A stretch of DNA of 64,000 bases from Vicingaceae bacterium (GTDB taxonomy: Bacteria; Bacteroidota; Bacteroidia; Flavobacteriales_E; Vicingaceae): positions 5,528 to 69,527 of the forward strand of contig BPHE01000009.1 of the NCBI GenBank assembly GCA_026003395.1, written 5' to 3'. Of the stretch, positions 1-10,871 are shown piece after piece (the first letter of the stretch is position 1; each line of letters starts with the position of its first letter). A program made the translations under genes and the position numbers. The notes below the pieces were generated by a model. That model was given only the letters and a program-made list of their open reading frames with translations. It searched no databases and was not told where the DNA came from.

Positions 1-386
1 AGAAGCATGCTTCTTAACAATTGACCTTGGTCATTGATTAACGAAAGATAAATTTTTTGGGTTGTTTTGGTTTGTTCGCTATAAAGGAGCAATTGATTTT
101 GGCGATACATGATTGCCGAATGAAAACGTAAAAAACCACCCGATTTATGCTCAAAAAGCGTGGTTTTACTATAGTGATTTTCTTTGTCTAATCCAATCAG
201 TTTGATAGTATTGTTGTCTTTGAACCAACAGTATAAATATTTTTCCGATTCGCCGGTAGATGTAAGAAAATTTCCGTCGGAATTTTCGTGAAGGTCGTCT
301 GAAAAATAAACGGAAGCTTTTTGAGCAGTTGTATAACCAGCAGCGAAAACAAATAAGACGATTAAAAACAGAGATTTAACTTGCAT
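1..386 (-). CDS. hypothetical secreted protein, N-terminal part only (gene runs off left edge)
   Basis: ATG at 386-384 (minus) opens a stop-free frame to position 1: MQVKSLFLIVLFVFAAGYTTAQKASVYF..., a signal-peptide-like start. Overlaps the rlmN stop by 11 nt. Absent from the ORF track because there is no stop in the window. Confidence 0.4.
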   Translation of the reverse strand, partial: MQVKSLFLIVLFVFAAGYTTAQKASVYFSDDLHENSDGNFLTSTGESEKYLYCWFKDNNTIKLIGLDKENHYSKTTLFEHKSGGFLRFHSAIMYRQNQLLLYSEQTKTTQKIYLSLINDQGQLLRSML

Positions 387-1431
387 GTTGTTTTACAGTT
401 TTTGCTGCCAGTTGACCGCAAGCAGCATCTATATCTTTGCCACGGCTCCGGCGGATTTTGGCGATTAAACCTTTGTTTTCAAGAAATTGTTGGAATTGTT
501 TGACTTTTTCAGGAGCGGGTTTTTCGAATCCTGTATCTTCTACGGGATTATATTCGATGATATTCACCATGCATGGGATGTTGGAAGCAAATCTCAATAG
601 TTTGCGGGCGTCTTCGGGAGAGTCGTTAAAATCTTTCAAAAGAAGATATTCCAATGTTATTTTATTTCCCGTTTTTTCGTAAAAATATCGTAAGGCATCA
701 CGTAACACCGACAAGTTGTTGTGTTCGTTTATGGGCATGATTTTGTTGCGTTTTTCGTCATCGGCTGCGTGGAGAGATAAGGCAAGGTTAAACTTTACAC
801 CGTCGTCTGCCATTTTTTTAATCATTTTGGCAATGCCGGCTGTTGACAAAGTAATTCTTTTTGCCGAAAAACCATACCCTTTGGGATGTGTCACAATTTC
901 GATGGCTTTTTTGACCTGCGAATAATTCAACAAAGGTTCTCCCATACCCATAAACACGATATTGGTTAAGGGAAGGCCATATGTTTCTTGTGCCAATTGG
1001 TTGATATGTCTGATTTGAAAAGCAATTTCGTAGTATTTCAATTGCCTGATGAGTCCCAATTGTCCGGTGGCGCAAAATTTACAAGTCAAACTACATCCTA
1101 CCTGTGAGGATACACAAGCAGTCATACGTTTGCCTGCAGGAATCAGCACCGCCTCAAAGAAACGGTTTTGTTGTGTTTGAAATGCCACTTTTATGGTGCC
1201 GTCGCTGCTTTTTTGACGGCTATATTCATGTAATGCAGGAATGAAAAAGTTTTCCGACAACAGATTTTTTAATTTTTTAGGTATATTGGTCATTTCATCG
1301 AAAGTGGAAGCATTTTTTTGCCAAATCCATTCCGAAATCTGTGATAAACGGAACCCCGGTTCTTTCCATTCATTGAAAAGATTAAGAAGTTCATCGTCTT
1401 TGGTATCCAAAAAATTTTTTTTATCGTTCAT
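376..1431 (-). CDS. rlmN: 23S rRNA/tRNA (adenine-C2)-methyltransferase RlmN, radical SAM
   Basis: 351 aa. CxxxCxxC radical-SAM cluster motif (CSLTCKFCATG), GMGEPLLN, C-terminal DIDAACGQL, typical RlmN length. Confidence 0.9.
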   Translation of the reverse strand: MNDKKNFLDTKDDELLNLFNEWKEPGFRLSQISEWIWQKNASTFDEMTNIPKKLKNLLSENFFIPALHEYSRQKSSDGTIKVAFQTQQNRFFEAVLIPAGKRMTACVSSQVGCSLTCKFCATGQLGLIRQLKYYEIAFQIRHINQLAQETYGLPLTNIVFMGMGEPLLNYSQVKKAIEIVTHPKGYGFSAKRITLSTAGIAKMIKKMADDGVKFNLALSLHAADDEKRNKIMPINEHNNLSVLRDALRYFYEKTGNKITLEYLLLKDFNDSPEDARKLLRFASNIPCMVNIIEYNPVEDTGFEKPAPEKVKQFQQFLENKGLIAKIRRSRGKDIDAACGQLAAKTVKQHAS

Positions 1432-1699
1432 TGAGGTGCTAATTCAACTCCGTAAAATTAAACATTATCCAAAATCTTTGTTGTGAAACAGAATCTTACC
1501 TAATGTTACCGGGTAATTTTACAAAATATTTGCTGCTTTTAAGCAAAAAAATTTATTCATGCGAAATTCAGGAAAAACTTTTTCCAATTTGCAAAATTAA
1601 CCGGCATTAACAATTTGCTATGTTTAAATTTTACCGGCAAATAATTTTGGGTTTTCAATACTTTCACAAATTTTTGAATTTAATTACATGAAAATACTG

Positions 1700-1707
1700 T
1701 AATTTTG
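1700..1707 (+). promoter_or_regulatory. candidate Bacteroidota -7 promoter box (TAnnTTTG)
   Basis: taattttg, 33 nt upstream of the ATG at 1740. A second match, tatttttg, lies at 1728-1735. Confidence 0.3.
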
Positions 1708-1739
1708 AAACACTTGAATTTTAAGAATATTTTTGGACC

Positions 1740-2468
1740 ATGAAAAAAATTTACTTTTTGACGTTATTCACAGGAATGATTTTATTTGCCGCCAGGGCAC
1801 AAAGTTCTTTTGATGTATTGGACCCAAACGGGGCGGTTATCAACAATGATACATTTACGATTACCGGACCTGCATCGGCATCGGTGATGGTGGAGCATTT
1901 TAAGTTGAAAAACAATAGCAGTTCAAAAAAATTTGTCAGTGTCAAAAGATATGAAATATCTGTGCAGCCAAACACACAAAATTATTTCTGCTGGTCGGTT
2001 TGTTATTTGCCTGTCAATGCCGGACAGTATCCATATTTTGAAGACAACGGTGTGATAGAAGTATTGTCCAACGCCGTTGAGGATACCACATTGGATTGTT
2101 ATTACAAACCTCAAAATGTAAATGGAAGCAGCTATTTCAGATATGTATTTTTTGACCGTCAAAATCCCGGCGACTCTGTGCAATTTTTTGTAAAATTTGC
2201 CACATGGGCAACAAATATACAGGATCAAAAAAACAATGGAATAACAATTTATCCAACCAATACAAACGGATCGATATTTATAGAAAACTCATTGGGGATA
2301 CGTCAGGTATTGATTTTTGACTTAACCGGAAAGATGGTTCATTCGCAAAATTTTTCTTATGAATCGAAAGTTAATCTAGACCTGACTCATCTTCCTTCAT
2401 CATTGTATTTTGTGAGAGTGATCGATGCCAATGGTACAGCCACTGCCCGAAAAATTGTGAAAAATTGA
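1740..2468 (+). CDS. secreted protein with T9SS (Por-type) C-terminal sorting domain
   Basis: N-terminal signal peptide (MKKIYFLTLFTGMILFAARAQ). C-terminal ~75 aa IYPTNTNGSIFIE...LPSSLYFVRVIDANGTATARKIVKN matches the Por_Secre_tail pattern. Confidence 0.75.
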   Translation: MKKIYFLTLFTGMILFAARAQSSFDVLDPNGAVINNDTFTITGPASASVMVEHFKLKNNSSSKKFVSVKRYEISVQPNTQNYFCWSVCYLPVNAGQYPYFEDNGVIEVLSNAVEDTTLDCYYKPQNVNGSSYFRYVFFDRQNPGDSVQFFVKFATWATNIQDQKNNGITIYPTNTNGSIFIENSLGIRQVLIFDLTGKMVHSQNFSYESKVNLDLTHLPSSLYFVRVIDANGTATARKIVKN

Positions 2469-2541
2469 TACTTTTTTTAAATGAATTGAAAATAGTGAAA
2501 GAGCGATTCTTTATGTAATATTTTTTTTCCGAATGGAAGGG

Positions 2542-3252
2542 CTATTTAAAATATTTTTTCAGGTATTTTTCTTCCAGTTCTTTTACTCCTTCAGTGGCTT
2601 TCTTGGCTATATGAATATGCGGCCTGAGTAATGGATATGAAACTTTTTCGGGATCTATTAAATAAATATCGGCTTGATCGGGCACATATTCCAGAAGTTG
2701 GGCTGCAGGATAAACTACCAGGGAAGTGCCTATAACTACAAAGAAATCACATTGCCGCACCTTTTCTATGGCATCATAAAATTTAGGCACAGGTTCGCCA
2801 AACCATACCACATAAGGTCTTAATTGACTGCCTTTTTCACAGGTGTCGCCTAAGTTTAATTGCCAACTTTTGATTGGGTATATCAAAGAAGGATCTACGG
2901 TACTTTGCGCTTTTCTGAGTTCTCCATGAAGGTGAAGAACTTTTGAGCTTCCTGCTCTTTCATGCAAATCATCGATATTTTGTGTGATAATTTCCAAATC
3001 GAAATGATTCTCCCATCCGGCAATTGCATAATGAGCCGCATTGGGTGAAGCTTCCAACAATTGTTTTCTACGCATATTGTAAAACTCAAGTACCAATGCG
3101 GGGTTTCTTTTCCATGCTTCATATGTGGCCACATCCTCAATTCGGTATTTATCCCAAAGTCCATTTTGACCTCTGAATGTGCTTAAACCACTTTCGGCAC
3201 TTATGCCGGCACCTGTAAAAACTATAAGTTTCTTTTTTTGAGAGTGTTTCAT
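2542..3252 (-). CDS. Sir2-family NAD-dependent protein deacylase (lacks Cys4 zinc module)
   Basis: GAGISAESGLSTFRG, QNIDDLHERAG, HLHGEL, VVWFGE and GTSLVVYPAA motifs. Only two Cys in the whole protein. Confidence 0.85.
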   Translation of the reverse strand: MKHSQKKKLIVFTGAGISAESGLSTFRGQNGLWDKYRIEDVATYEAWKRNPALVLEFYNMRRKQLLEASPNAAHYAIAGWENHFDLEIITQNIDDLHERAGSSKVLHLHGELRKAQSTVDPSLIYPIKSWQLNLGDTCEKGSQLRPYVVWFGEPVPKFYDAIEKVRQCDFFVVIGTSLVVYPAAQLLEYVPDQADIYLIDPEKVSYPLLRPHIHIAKKATEGVKELEEKYLKKYFK

Positions 3253-3294
3253 GGCCTATTGAACTGAATAAACTTGTATCGCGAAGGCCTTTGT

Positions 3295-4074
3295 TTATTC
3301 ACCTTTGAAAACCGGTTTTCTTTTTTCCAGAAATGCTTTTACGCCCTCGTTGAAGTCATATGACTTGCCGGCCTCGTTTTGAAGCTCTTCTTCCAATTTG
3401 AGTTGTTGTGCAAGAGTATTGTTTATTGAGGCGTTAAGTGCTCTTTTGGTTAGTCCAAGGGCTTTTGTGGGCATTAGCGCCAATTTTTCGGCAAATTCTT
3501 GAACTTTTGTGAAAAAATGTTCGTCCTCAAAACTTCGGTAAATCATTCCTATTTTCTCGGCCTCTTCGGCAGATACATTCTCGGCGGTAAACATAAGTGC
3601 AGCAGCACGTTGCCATCCAACCAAACGGGGTAGAATGAAAGTGCCTCCGCTGTCAGGTATCAGTCCGATTTTCGAAAACGCTTGTATAAAAGAAGCAGAT
3701 TTTGCAGCCAATACAATATCACAAGCAAGGGCAATATTTGCACCGGCACCGGCAGCCACGCCATTTACGGCTGCTATGATGGGTTTTTCAATGGTTCTCA
3801 ATAATTCAATGATGGGATTATAATATTGGTTTACGATGCTTTTGATATCTATTTCTCCTGAAGTAGCCTCTGACAAGTCCTGTCCTGCACAAAATGCGCG
3901 CCCTTTTCCCGAGATAACGATACATCGCACTTCTTTGTTCTCTGCGGCCTCTTTCAAAGCATGTTGAAGTTTCAAAGCCAGGGGTTTGTTAACACTGTTG
4001 GCTTTTTCAGGACGATTCAAGTAGATCCAACATACTTGACCGGAAAATTCTACCAAAATTTCTTCCATAATCAA
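3295..4074 (-). CDS. enoyl-CoA hydratase/isomerase family protein, PaaG-like
   Basis: 259 aa crotonase fold. FCAGQDL, AAVNGVAAGAGANIALACD, GLIPDSGGT. Collinear with E. coli PaaG as I recall it. Confidence 0.85.
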   Translation of the reverse strand: MIMEEILVEFSGQVCWIYLNRPEKANSVNKPLALKLQHALKEAAENKEVRCIVISGKGRAFCAGQDLSEATSGEIDIKSIVNQYYNPIIELLRTIEKPIIAAVNGVAAGAGANIALACDIVLAAKSASFIQAFSKIGLIPDSGGTFILPRLVGWQRAAALMFTAENVSAEEAEKIGMIYRSFEDEHFFTKVQEFAEKLALMPTKALGLTKRALNASINNTLAQQLKLEEELQNEAGKSYDFNEGVKAFLEKRKPVFKGE

Positions 4075-4104
4075 CTTAAATTTTTTTGGGGTAAAGATAA
4101 AACT

Positions 4105-6141
4105 TTACCAAATTATAATTCTTTCTTGTGGCTTTTTTACCATTTTCCCCTCTTTACAATTGAATGCATCGGCAAATTCTTTGAGATTGCTCAATGGTCC
4201 AATGACACGATATCTTGAAGGGGCATGCGGATCAGTTTTTGCCAGCCGAATGTCTTCTTCTTTCGTGATGTTCATCTTCCAATTATTCGCCCAAGCCAAA
4301 AAGAATCTTTGTTGCCATGTAAACCCATCAATGACGGGTGGATCGATTTTTTCTTTTTCGTATTTCTTTTTCAGTGCTTCATAGGCTAAAATGACACCTC
4401 CGAGGTCGGCGATATTTTCGCCTACTGTAAGCGCTCCGTTCACATATACACTATCGGCTACAAGATATTGGTTAAATTGTTCGATCATGAGTTGTTTTTT
4501 GGCATCAAATTTTTCCCTGTCTTCTTTGGTCCACCAATTATTGAGGTTACCGTCTCCGTCAAACTGCGAGCCTATATCGTCGAAACCATGTGTGAATTCG
4601 TGGCCGATAACAGTGCCAATGCCTCCGAAATTTAAAGCATCATCGGCATCAGGGTCGAAAAATGGAGGTTGAAGTATGCCGGCAGGAAAAGTAATGTCAT
4701 TATAATTTGTGTTATAAAATGCATTAATGACATGAGGGGATGCATTCCATTCATTAACATCGACCGGTTTGCCGATTTTTCCGGTGTAATAATGATGTTC
4801 GTGAATATTGATATTCATAATGTTTTTTAACAACGAATCAGGGTATATTTCCAGTTTGGAATAATCTCTCCAACGGTCAGGATAACCGATTTTGGTCCGG
4901 AACTTCGATAACTTTTCGATGGCTTTGGCTTTCGTGGCATCGCTCATCCAATCAAGTTGCATGATACGCTCCTTGAACACCTCACGGATGAGCTCTACCA
5001 TATTCAAAACATATTGTTTTGAAGATTCCGGAAAATACCTTTCGACATACAGCCTTCCAACCGGTTGTCCCAATAGGTTATTCAGCCAATTGATCACTCT
5101 GTCTTCGCGGGGTTTCATTTGATTAATGCCAGACAATGTTTTTTGATACATGGCAAAGTTTGCTTGTTCAAAATCAGATGACAAATAAGGGGCAAAATGG
5201 TTGAGGAGGGTAAATTGCAAAAATACTGCCCATTGTTGTGGAGTGTATTTTTTCAACAATTTGTCCAATTTTTTGAAATAATCGTTGCTGATTGAAATGA
5301 TGGTGTCGGGGTTTTTCATTTGCAATCCTCTGAAATATTCTTCCCACAAAAAATTTTGATAGGGCTTGACGAAAGAGTTAAAATCTTGTTTTTTCAAACT
5401 ATCTGTAAAGGAATTTCTAAGTTGTGTGCGGTCTAATGAAATTTGTGCCAAATCTTTTTCGATTTTAAGCACAAGATCTTTTAGTCCGTCGGCTGTTTGT
5501 TCGTCTTTTTTCCACAAGCGGAAAATTTGGGTTATGTATTGCTCGTATGCAAACAGTATGTTCTTGCCTCTCTCGTTGTCGGGAAAATAAAATGTTTTGT
5601 CGGGCAGGCCCAAACTCCCTTGAAATAGATAAATACCATATATTTTGCTGTTTTTGGCATCAGGTTCGACAAAACCCGATACGCAAGCACCGGTATATAA
5701 ACCCGCTTCTCCTATGAGATAGGATAAATCTTTGTATGTGTTTGCATTGGAAAATTTGTTGAGTAGAGGGATAAGAGGAGTGATACCTAATTGATCGACT
5801 TTTTGAGAGTCCATGGCCGAGAGGTAAAAATCTCTGACGACTTGTTCGGTCGAACCTTTGGTGTATTGTTTGGACCGGAGCTCTTTCAAAATAGTTTTAA
5901 TTTTTTTGTTGTTTTCTTCTTTCAGAATGTTGAAGCTGCTCCAACGGGCTTCTGTCGGTGGAATAGGGTTATTTTTGATCCATCCTCCAACGGCAAATTG
6001 GTAAAAATTGTCGCAAGGATCGGCACTTCTATCCAATTGTGTTGTATCATATCCCTTTTTAATTGCCTCTGTAGTGTTTTTTTCATCGTTTTTGCAGGCA
6101 AGAATTGATAACAAAATGGCAATAATAAAGTATTTTTTCAT
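4105..6141 (-). CDS. M13 family zinc metallopeptidase (PepO / endothelin-converting-enzyme-like), lipoprotein
   Basis: 678 aa. Lipoprotein-type signal (LSILAC). HExxH site VIGHEFTHGFD, downstream ENIADLGG, C-terminal W. Confidence 0.9.
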   Translation of the reverse strand: MKKYFIIAILLSILACKNDEKNTTEAIKKGYDTTQLDRSADPCDNFYQFAVGGWIKNNPIPPTEARWSSFNILKEENNKKIKTILKELRSKQYTKGSTEQVVRDFYLSAMDSQKVDQLGITPLIPLLNKFSNANTYKDLSYLIGEAGLYTGACVSGFVEPDAKNSKIYGIYLFQGSLGLPDKTFYFPDNERGKNILFAYEQYITQIFRLWKKDEQTADGLKDLVLKIEKDLAQISLDRTQLRNSFTDSLKKQDFNSFVKPYQNFLWEEYFRGLQMKNPDTIISISNDYFKKLDKLLKKYTPQQWAVFLQFTLLNHFAPYLSSDFEQANFAMYQKTLSGINQMKPREDRVINWLNNLLGQPVGRLYVERYFPESSKQYVLNMVELIREVFKERIMQLDWMSDATKAKAIEKLSKFRTKIGYPDRWRDYSKLEIYPDSLLKNIMNINIHEHHYYTGKIGKPVDVNEWNASPHVINAFYNTNYNDITFPAGILQPPFFDPDADDALNFGGIGTVIGHEFTHGFDDIGSQFDGDGNLNNWWTKEDREKFDAKKQLMIEQFNQYLVADSVYVNGALTVGENIADLGGVILAYEALKKKYEKEKIDPPVIDGFTWQQRFFLAWANNWKMNITKEEDIRLAKTDPHAPSRYRVIGPLSNLKEFADAFNCKEGKMVKKPQERIIIW

Positions 6142-6458
6142 CTTGAAAAGTTTGCATAAAAATAATACAATTTTTAAAATTTAAAGAAATATAGCAGCGA
6201 CATTTAAATTTTTTAGTATGTGAATGACTAAACTTTTTTATTTTTTAATAGTTCCCAAGATTTGTTAAAACAACGATATTCTGCCGGATGTGTCTTTAAT
6301 TTGTGAGAGCAAACGACTTTAAATTTAATGTCAAATCATTTAAAACATATTGTTTAAAATGCATAATGATAAAAATAAAAAATTTGAAAAATTGCATTTG
6401 CAAAATTTTTATAGAAAAAATTTGAAAATAAAATAACTTCGCTGCAAAATTGCAATGC

Positions 6459-8213
6459 ATGAAAACAAAATTCAGAACACACAATTGCGGGGAATTAACA
6501 TTACAGAATGCAGGACAAGAAGTTGTTTTGTGTGGTTGGGTGCAAAGGGTGAGAAATCTTGGGGGAATGACCTTCATCGATCTACGAGACCGTTATGGAA
6601 TCACACAATTGACATTCAACGATCAAATAAACGAACAATTACGGTCCAAAGCAGCCGGGCTTGGCAGGGAATATGTCATCACTGTGAAGGGCAAGGTGGT
6701 GGAGCGTGAAAACAAAAATCCGAAAAACCCAACAGGAGAAATAGAAATTTTGGTGAATGAATTAAACATTTTGAATCCATCGGAGATCCCTCCCTTTACC
6801 ATTGAAGATGAAACCGATGGAGGAGAAGAATTAAGAATGAAATACCGTTATTTGGATCTTCGCCGCAACCCTGTAAAAAACAATTTAATTTTGCGTCACC
6901 TTCTTGCATTAGAAACGAGAAAATATCTTGATTCACTTAATTTTTTAGAAATCGAAACACCATTTTTGATTAAATCCACGCCCGAAGGTGCAAGAGATTT
7001 TATCGTTCCGAGCAGAATGCATCCGGGTCAATTTTATGCTTTACCACAATCACCGCAAACTTTTAAACAATTGCTGATGGTGGCCGGGTATGACCGCTAT
7101 TTTCAAATTGTAAGATGTTTTAGGGATGAAGATTTAAGATCGGACAGACAACCTGAGTTTACACAGATCGATTGCGAAATGGCATTTGTAGATCAACAAG
7201 ATGTGATGCAAACGTTCGAAGGTTTGATAAGGCATTTGTTTAAAAGTGTAAAAGGAATTGATCTTCCGGCATTTAAAGTGTTGACCTATGATGAGGCAAT
7301 GAATAAATACGGCAGTGATAAGCCCGATTTGAGATTTGGAATGACTCTTAAAGATATCACACATTTGGCAAAAGGTAAAGGATTTAAGGTTTTTGATGAA
7401 GCGGAGTGTGTCATGGGTATATGTGTTACAGGAAAAGCAAGTTATTCAAGGAAACAGTTGGATGAATGGACCGAATTTGTCAAAAAACCGCAGGTGGGTG
7501 CCAAAGGATTGGTGTATGTAAAGTGTGAAGACAATGGGTATAAATCAAGTGTCGATAAGTTCTACTCTCCTGACGATTTACAATCATGGGCTGATGCCAT
7601 GCAAGCCAATAAAGGAGATTTGTTGTTGATACTTTCCGGTGAGAGAAACAAGGTAATCAAACAATTGGGAATATTACGCAAGGAGGTAGCTTTGAAAGAG
7701 AAGATGATCGACGAAAACAAATTTGAGTGTTTGTGGGTGATTGATTTTCCTTTGTTTGAATATGATGAAGAAGAAAAAAGATGGGTGAGTATGCATCATC
7801 CCTTTACTTCTCCAAAAATAGATAACTTGAAAGATCTTGATACCGGTGATCTCTCTTCAATCAAAGCCAAGGCCTATGATATGGTCATCAATGGAGTGGA
7901 AGTAGGCGGAGGTTCGATAAGAATTCACAATAAAGAATTGCAAAGGAAGATATTTTCAATTTTAGGATTGACCGATCAGGAAGCCGACGAAAAATTCGGT
8001 TTTCTAATGAATGCATTTCAATATGGCGCTCCGCCGCATGGTGGCATTGCCTTTGGGTTTGATCGTCTCTGTGCCGTAATTTCCGGTGAAGACAGCATAC
8101 GTGATTTTATAGCTTTTCCAAAAAACAATTCGGGCAGGGATGTCATGATCGATGCTCCTTCTGCAGTTTCTCCACAACAGTTAAAAGAATTGCACCTGAA
8201 AGTAGATGCATAA
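6459..8213 (+). CDS. aspS: aspartate--tRNA ligase
   Basis: Class II aaRS motifs ([35 protein letters not shown]). The start at [13 protein letters not shown] fits the AspRS N-terminus; the ORF track starts 9 nt earlier. Confidence 0.95.
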   Translation: MKTKFRTHNCGELTLQNAGQEVVLCGWVQRVRNLGGMTFIDLRDRYGITQLTFNDQINEQLRSKAAGLGREYVITVKGKVVERENKNPKNPTGEIEILVNELNILNPSEIPPFTIEDETDGGEELRMKYRYLDLRRNPVKNNLILRHLLALETRKYLDSLNFLEIETPFLIKSTPEGARDFIVPSRMHPGQFYALPQSPQTFKQLLMVAGYDRYFQIVRCFRDEDLRSDRQPEFTQIDCEMAFVDQQDVMQTFEGLIRHLFKSVKGIDLPAFKVLTYDEAMNKYGSDKPDLRFGMTLKDITHLAKGKGFKVFDEAECVMGICVTGKASYSRKQLDEWTEFVKKPQVGAKGLVYVKCEDNGYKSSVDKFYSPDDLQSWADAMQANKGDLLLILSGERNKVIKQLGILRKEVALKEKMIDENKFECLWVIDFPLFEYDEEEKRWVSMHHPFTSPKIDNLKDLDTGDLSSIKAKAYDMVINGVEVGGGSIRIHNKELQRKIFSILGLTDQEADEKFGFLMNAFQYGAPPHGGIAFGFDRLCAVISGEDSIRDFIAFPKNNSGRDVMIDAPSAVSPQQLKELHLKVDA

Positions 8214-8216
8214 TAT

Positions 8217-10115
8217 ATGCTGTTAAAACATCTGTGGGCAAAGTACGGAAAGCCCATTAAAATATTTCTCTTCACGTTGATGATATTTTTAGCAGCAATT
8301 TTTATCTTTAAAGATTCTATTTTTCATTGGAGCATCAACATTATTCTTGCAAAAATTGAAAATAAAACAAATGTACATATCCGGCTATTTAATCCTGTTT
8401 TACACGGAATCAACGGCGTGCAAATAGATAGTTTGGAGATTGTTTACCCCGGAAAAAATTTAAAATTAAACTTATATCAATGGGAAAGCCAACACTCGTT
8501 TTTGAATCCGTTAAAATTAAAGAGGCTGAAGATTGACTCGGTTGCATTTCATAGCGATACTGTCGACAATAACAATTTGACCGTTTCGAAGGCGGATTCT
8601 GCAAAGAAAGGGTCATTTTTTCAACGGTTACCCGAATGGTTAGAGATTTTACCGGATAATATTTATATCGGGTCGGTGAAATTTAACACCAACCAGCCGT
8701 TGAATCTGAGTTTAAATATCTATGATTTGAAAAAGGCCGAAAATTTTTATTCGGCACGTTTACAGTCATCAAATTATGAGGTATCGTTAGAGGGGAATCT
8801 ATGGAGAAAATTTAAGGGGATTCAACTGGATTTTTTGTTGAAAGATGCCCAACAATACAGACCATTGAAGATGCCTTTGTTTGAAGATTTAATTTTAGTA
8901 TTTGACTCCATAAAATCGCAAATTCATCTCGGCATGTCGAATGATGATTATATTGACATAAAATTTGATGCCTATAAAACAAATTTGTATCACCACAAGA
9001 TTGCTGACGATACTGTCAGATTCAACCATATTCATATGAAATTGAAAATGAAAAAAGACAAGAATACGCTCTATACAACACAGCATCATGTGATAAATTT
9101 TGACAATCTATTCATGAATCTTTTTTTAAATCTTGATTTTTCGGAAAAAAGCATTGAATTTATTTTGGAATACCCTAATAAAGATGCCAAAACTTTTTTT
9201 GCATCACTCAATCCACAATTGTTTCCAAATCTTCACAAGTTTGATGTACAAGGCAATCTATACATGAAAATGGCTTTGGGTTATAATCAAAAATTTCCGG
9301 ACAGTTCTTATGTAGATTTTCAATTTTCACCCAAGAATTTTAAAATCTTGAATGATGGCGGATTAAATATTTCCAAGGTTAATCAAGGTTTTATGCACAG
9401 GGTGAAAAATGAAAGAGATTCACTGTCTTTTTGGGTTGGACCTGAAAATCCAGATTTTACGCCGTTAAGCAAAATCACACCGTTTTTGATATATGCTGTA
9501 TTGACCTCGGAAGATGCAGCATTTTTCAGACACAAAGGCATCTTGCCTTCCGCCCTTACGAGTTCGCTCAGGGATAATTTAAAAAAAGGCCGTTTTGCAC
9601 GAGGTGGCAGCACAATCAGTATGCAATTGGTGAAAAATTTGTTTTTACACAGAAAAAAAACCATTTCCAGGAAAATGGAAGAACTCATCTTGACATCCAT
9701 CATCGAACAAATGCATCTTATCAGTAAGGAAAGAATGCTCGAGATATACTTCAACATCATAGAGTGGGGACCCGGAATATATGGTATCAATCAAGCCGGT
9801 CGATTTTACTTTGACAAACAACCTAAAGAACTCGACTTGAATGAAGCCATATTCCTGGCAATGATTATTCCTGCTCCATCAAAATTTTATTATTTTCTTG
9901 ATCCAAAAGGGCAGGTAAAAGCATCCTGTGAAAATTATTTTAAAATTGTGGCAGGACATATGTTAAAAAGAAACCAAATTGACACGGTCGTCTATCAAAC
10001 GGTTGCCCCATCTTCTTTGGTCTTTTCGTCTCAAGTGAAAAAAATGTTGAATGTAGCTTATCCATCTGCAGATACTCTGCAAGAACCAATCATTCTTTTT
10101 GATTCGGAAGAATGA
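8217..10115 (+). CDS. membrane protein with large N-terminal domain of unknown function and C-terminal GT51 peptidoglycan glycosyltransferase domain
   Basis: GT51 motifs in order near the C-terminus: EDAAFFRHKG, GGSTISMQLVKN, RKMEELILT, KERMLEIYFNIIEWG. N-terminal TM segment. No transpeptidase domain. Confidence 0.8.
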   Translation: MLLKHLWAKYGKPIKIFLFTLMIFLAAIFIFKDSIFHWSINIILAKIENKTNVHIRLFNPVLHGINGVQIDSLEIVYPGKNLKLNLYQWESQHSFLNPLKLKRLKIDSVAFHSDTVDNNNLTVSKADSAKKGSFFQRLPEWLEILPDNIYIGSVKFNTNQPLNLSLNIYDLKKAENFYSARLQSSNYEVSLEGNLWRKFKGIQLDFLLKDAQQYRPLKMPLFEDLILVFDSIKSQIHLGMSNDDYIDIKFDAYKTNLYHHKIADDTVRFNHIHMKLKMKKDKNTLYTTQHHVINFDNLFMNLFLNLDFSEKSIEFILEYPNKDAKTFFASLNPQLFPNLHKFDVQGNLYMKMALGYNQKFPDSSYVDFQFSPKNFKILNDGGLNISKVNQGFMHRVKNERDSLSFWVGPENPDFTPLSKITPFLIYAVLTSEDAAFFRHKGILPSALTSSLRDNLKKGRFARGGSTISMQLVKNLFLHRKKTISRKMEELILTSIIEQMHLISKERMLEIYFNIIEWGPGIYGINQAGRFYFDKQPKELDLNEAIFLAMIIPAPSKFYYFLDPKGQVKASCENYFKIVAGHMLKRNQIDTVVYQTVAPSSLVFSSQVKKMLNVAYPSADTLQEPIILFDSEE

Positions 10116-10191
10116 TTTGACATTTTCCAAGATAAGTTAATAAAGATATACGCAGTTTGAAAAAATAGGTAACCCGGAGTATAAACAATTA

Positions 10192-10854
10192 TTAATTTTT
10201 TTCTTCACTTGTATGATCAATATTTTTTGGGGTTCCGTTGATGGCGCGATCAATGTATGGGAAATACTTTTTATGATTGATGATAAGAAGGAAAATACCC
10301 GTGGTAATAGAAGCATCGGCAAAATTAAAAACAGGTTGAAAAAACACAAAGTATTCACCCCCCCAAAACGGAATCCAATCAGGAAGGTAACCTTCCCAAA
10401 GAGGAAAATAAAACATGTCAACTACACGTCCAAAAAGAAAAGGGGCATATCCGCCGTCTTGAGGTAAAAATTCGGCCACACGTCCGTAGCTGTCGCTAAA
10501 AATCAGACCATAAAACAAGCTGTCAATAATATTGCCGATGGCGCCTCCTAAAATCAATCCTGAGGAAACAACCAGACCTAAGGGGGGATTTAATTTTTTT
10601 ATTTTCAAAACATAGTAGGTGATAAATCCTACGGCAACGATTCTAAAAATACTCAGAATCAGTTTGCCAATATTACCACCAAACTCATACCCAAAAGCCA
10701 TTCCAAAATTTTCGGTAAAATGAATGATAAACCAATCGGTAATCACATATTCTTGTCCCAGGTACATATGGGTTTTTACCCAAATTTTTATGGCTTGATC
10801 GATGATCAAAACCAACAGCATATAGAAAAAAGGATGAAACAATTTATTTTTCAT
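10192..10854 (-). CDS. lspA: lipoprotein signal peptidase (signal peptidase II)
   Basis: Four TM segments. NFGMAFG and GGAIGNIIDS / VVDMFYF and FNFADASIT motifs. Located in the ileS-dksA-lspA neighbourhood. Confidence 0.9.
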   Translation of the reverse strand: MKNKLFHPFFYMLLVLIIDQAIKIWVKTHMYLGQEYVITDWFIIHFTENFGMAFGYEFGGNIGKLILSIFRIVAVGFITYYVLKIKKLNPPLGLVVSSGLILGGAIGNIIDSLFYGLIFSDSYGRVAEFLPQDGGYAPFLFGRVVDMFYFPLWEGYLPDWIPFWGGEYFVFFQPVFNFADASITTGIFLLIINHKKYFPYIDRAINGTPKNIDHTSEEKN

Positions 10855-10871
10855 GTTATTATATCCTTACA

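Noticed and set aside
6142-6449. AT-rich 300-bp spacer with the 93-aa ORF 6296-6577 (minus strand) overlapping the aspS start
   Set aside because: The ORF product is low-complexity (F/I/K/N-rich) and overlaps the aspS 5' end. The region is most simply the divergent promoter region of the M13 peptidase and aspS genes.
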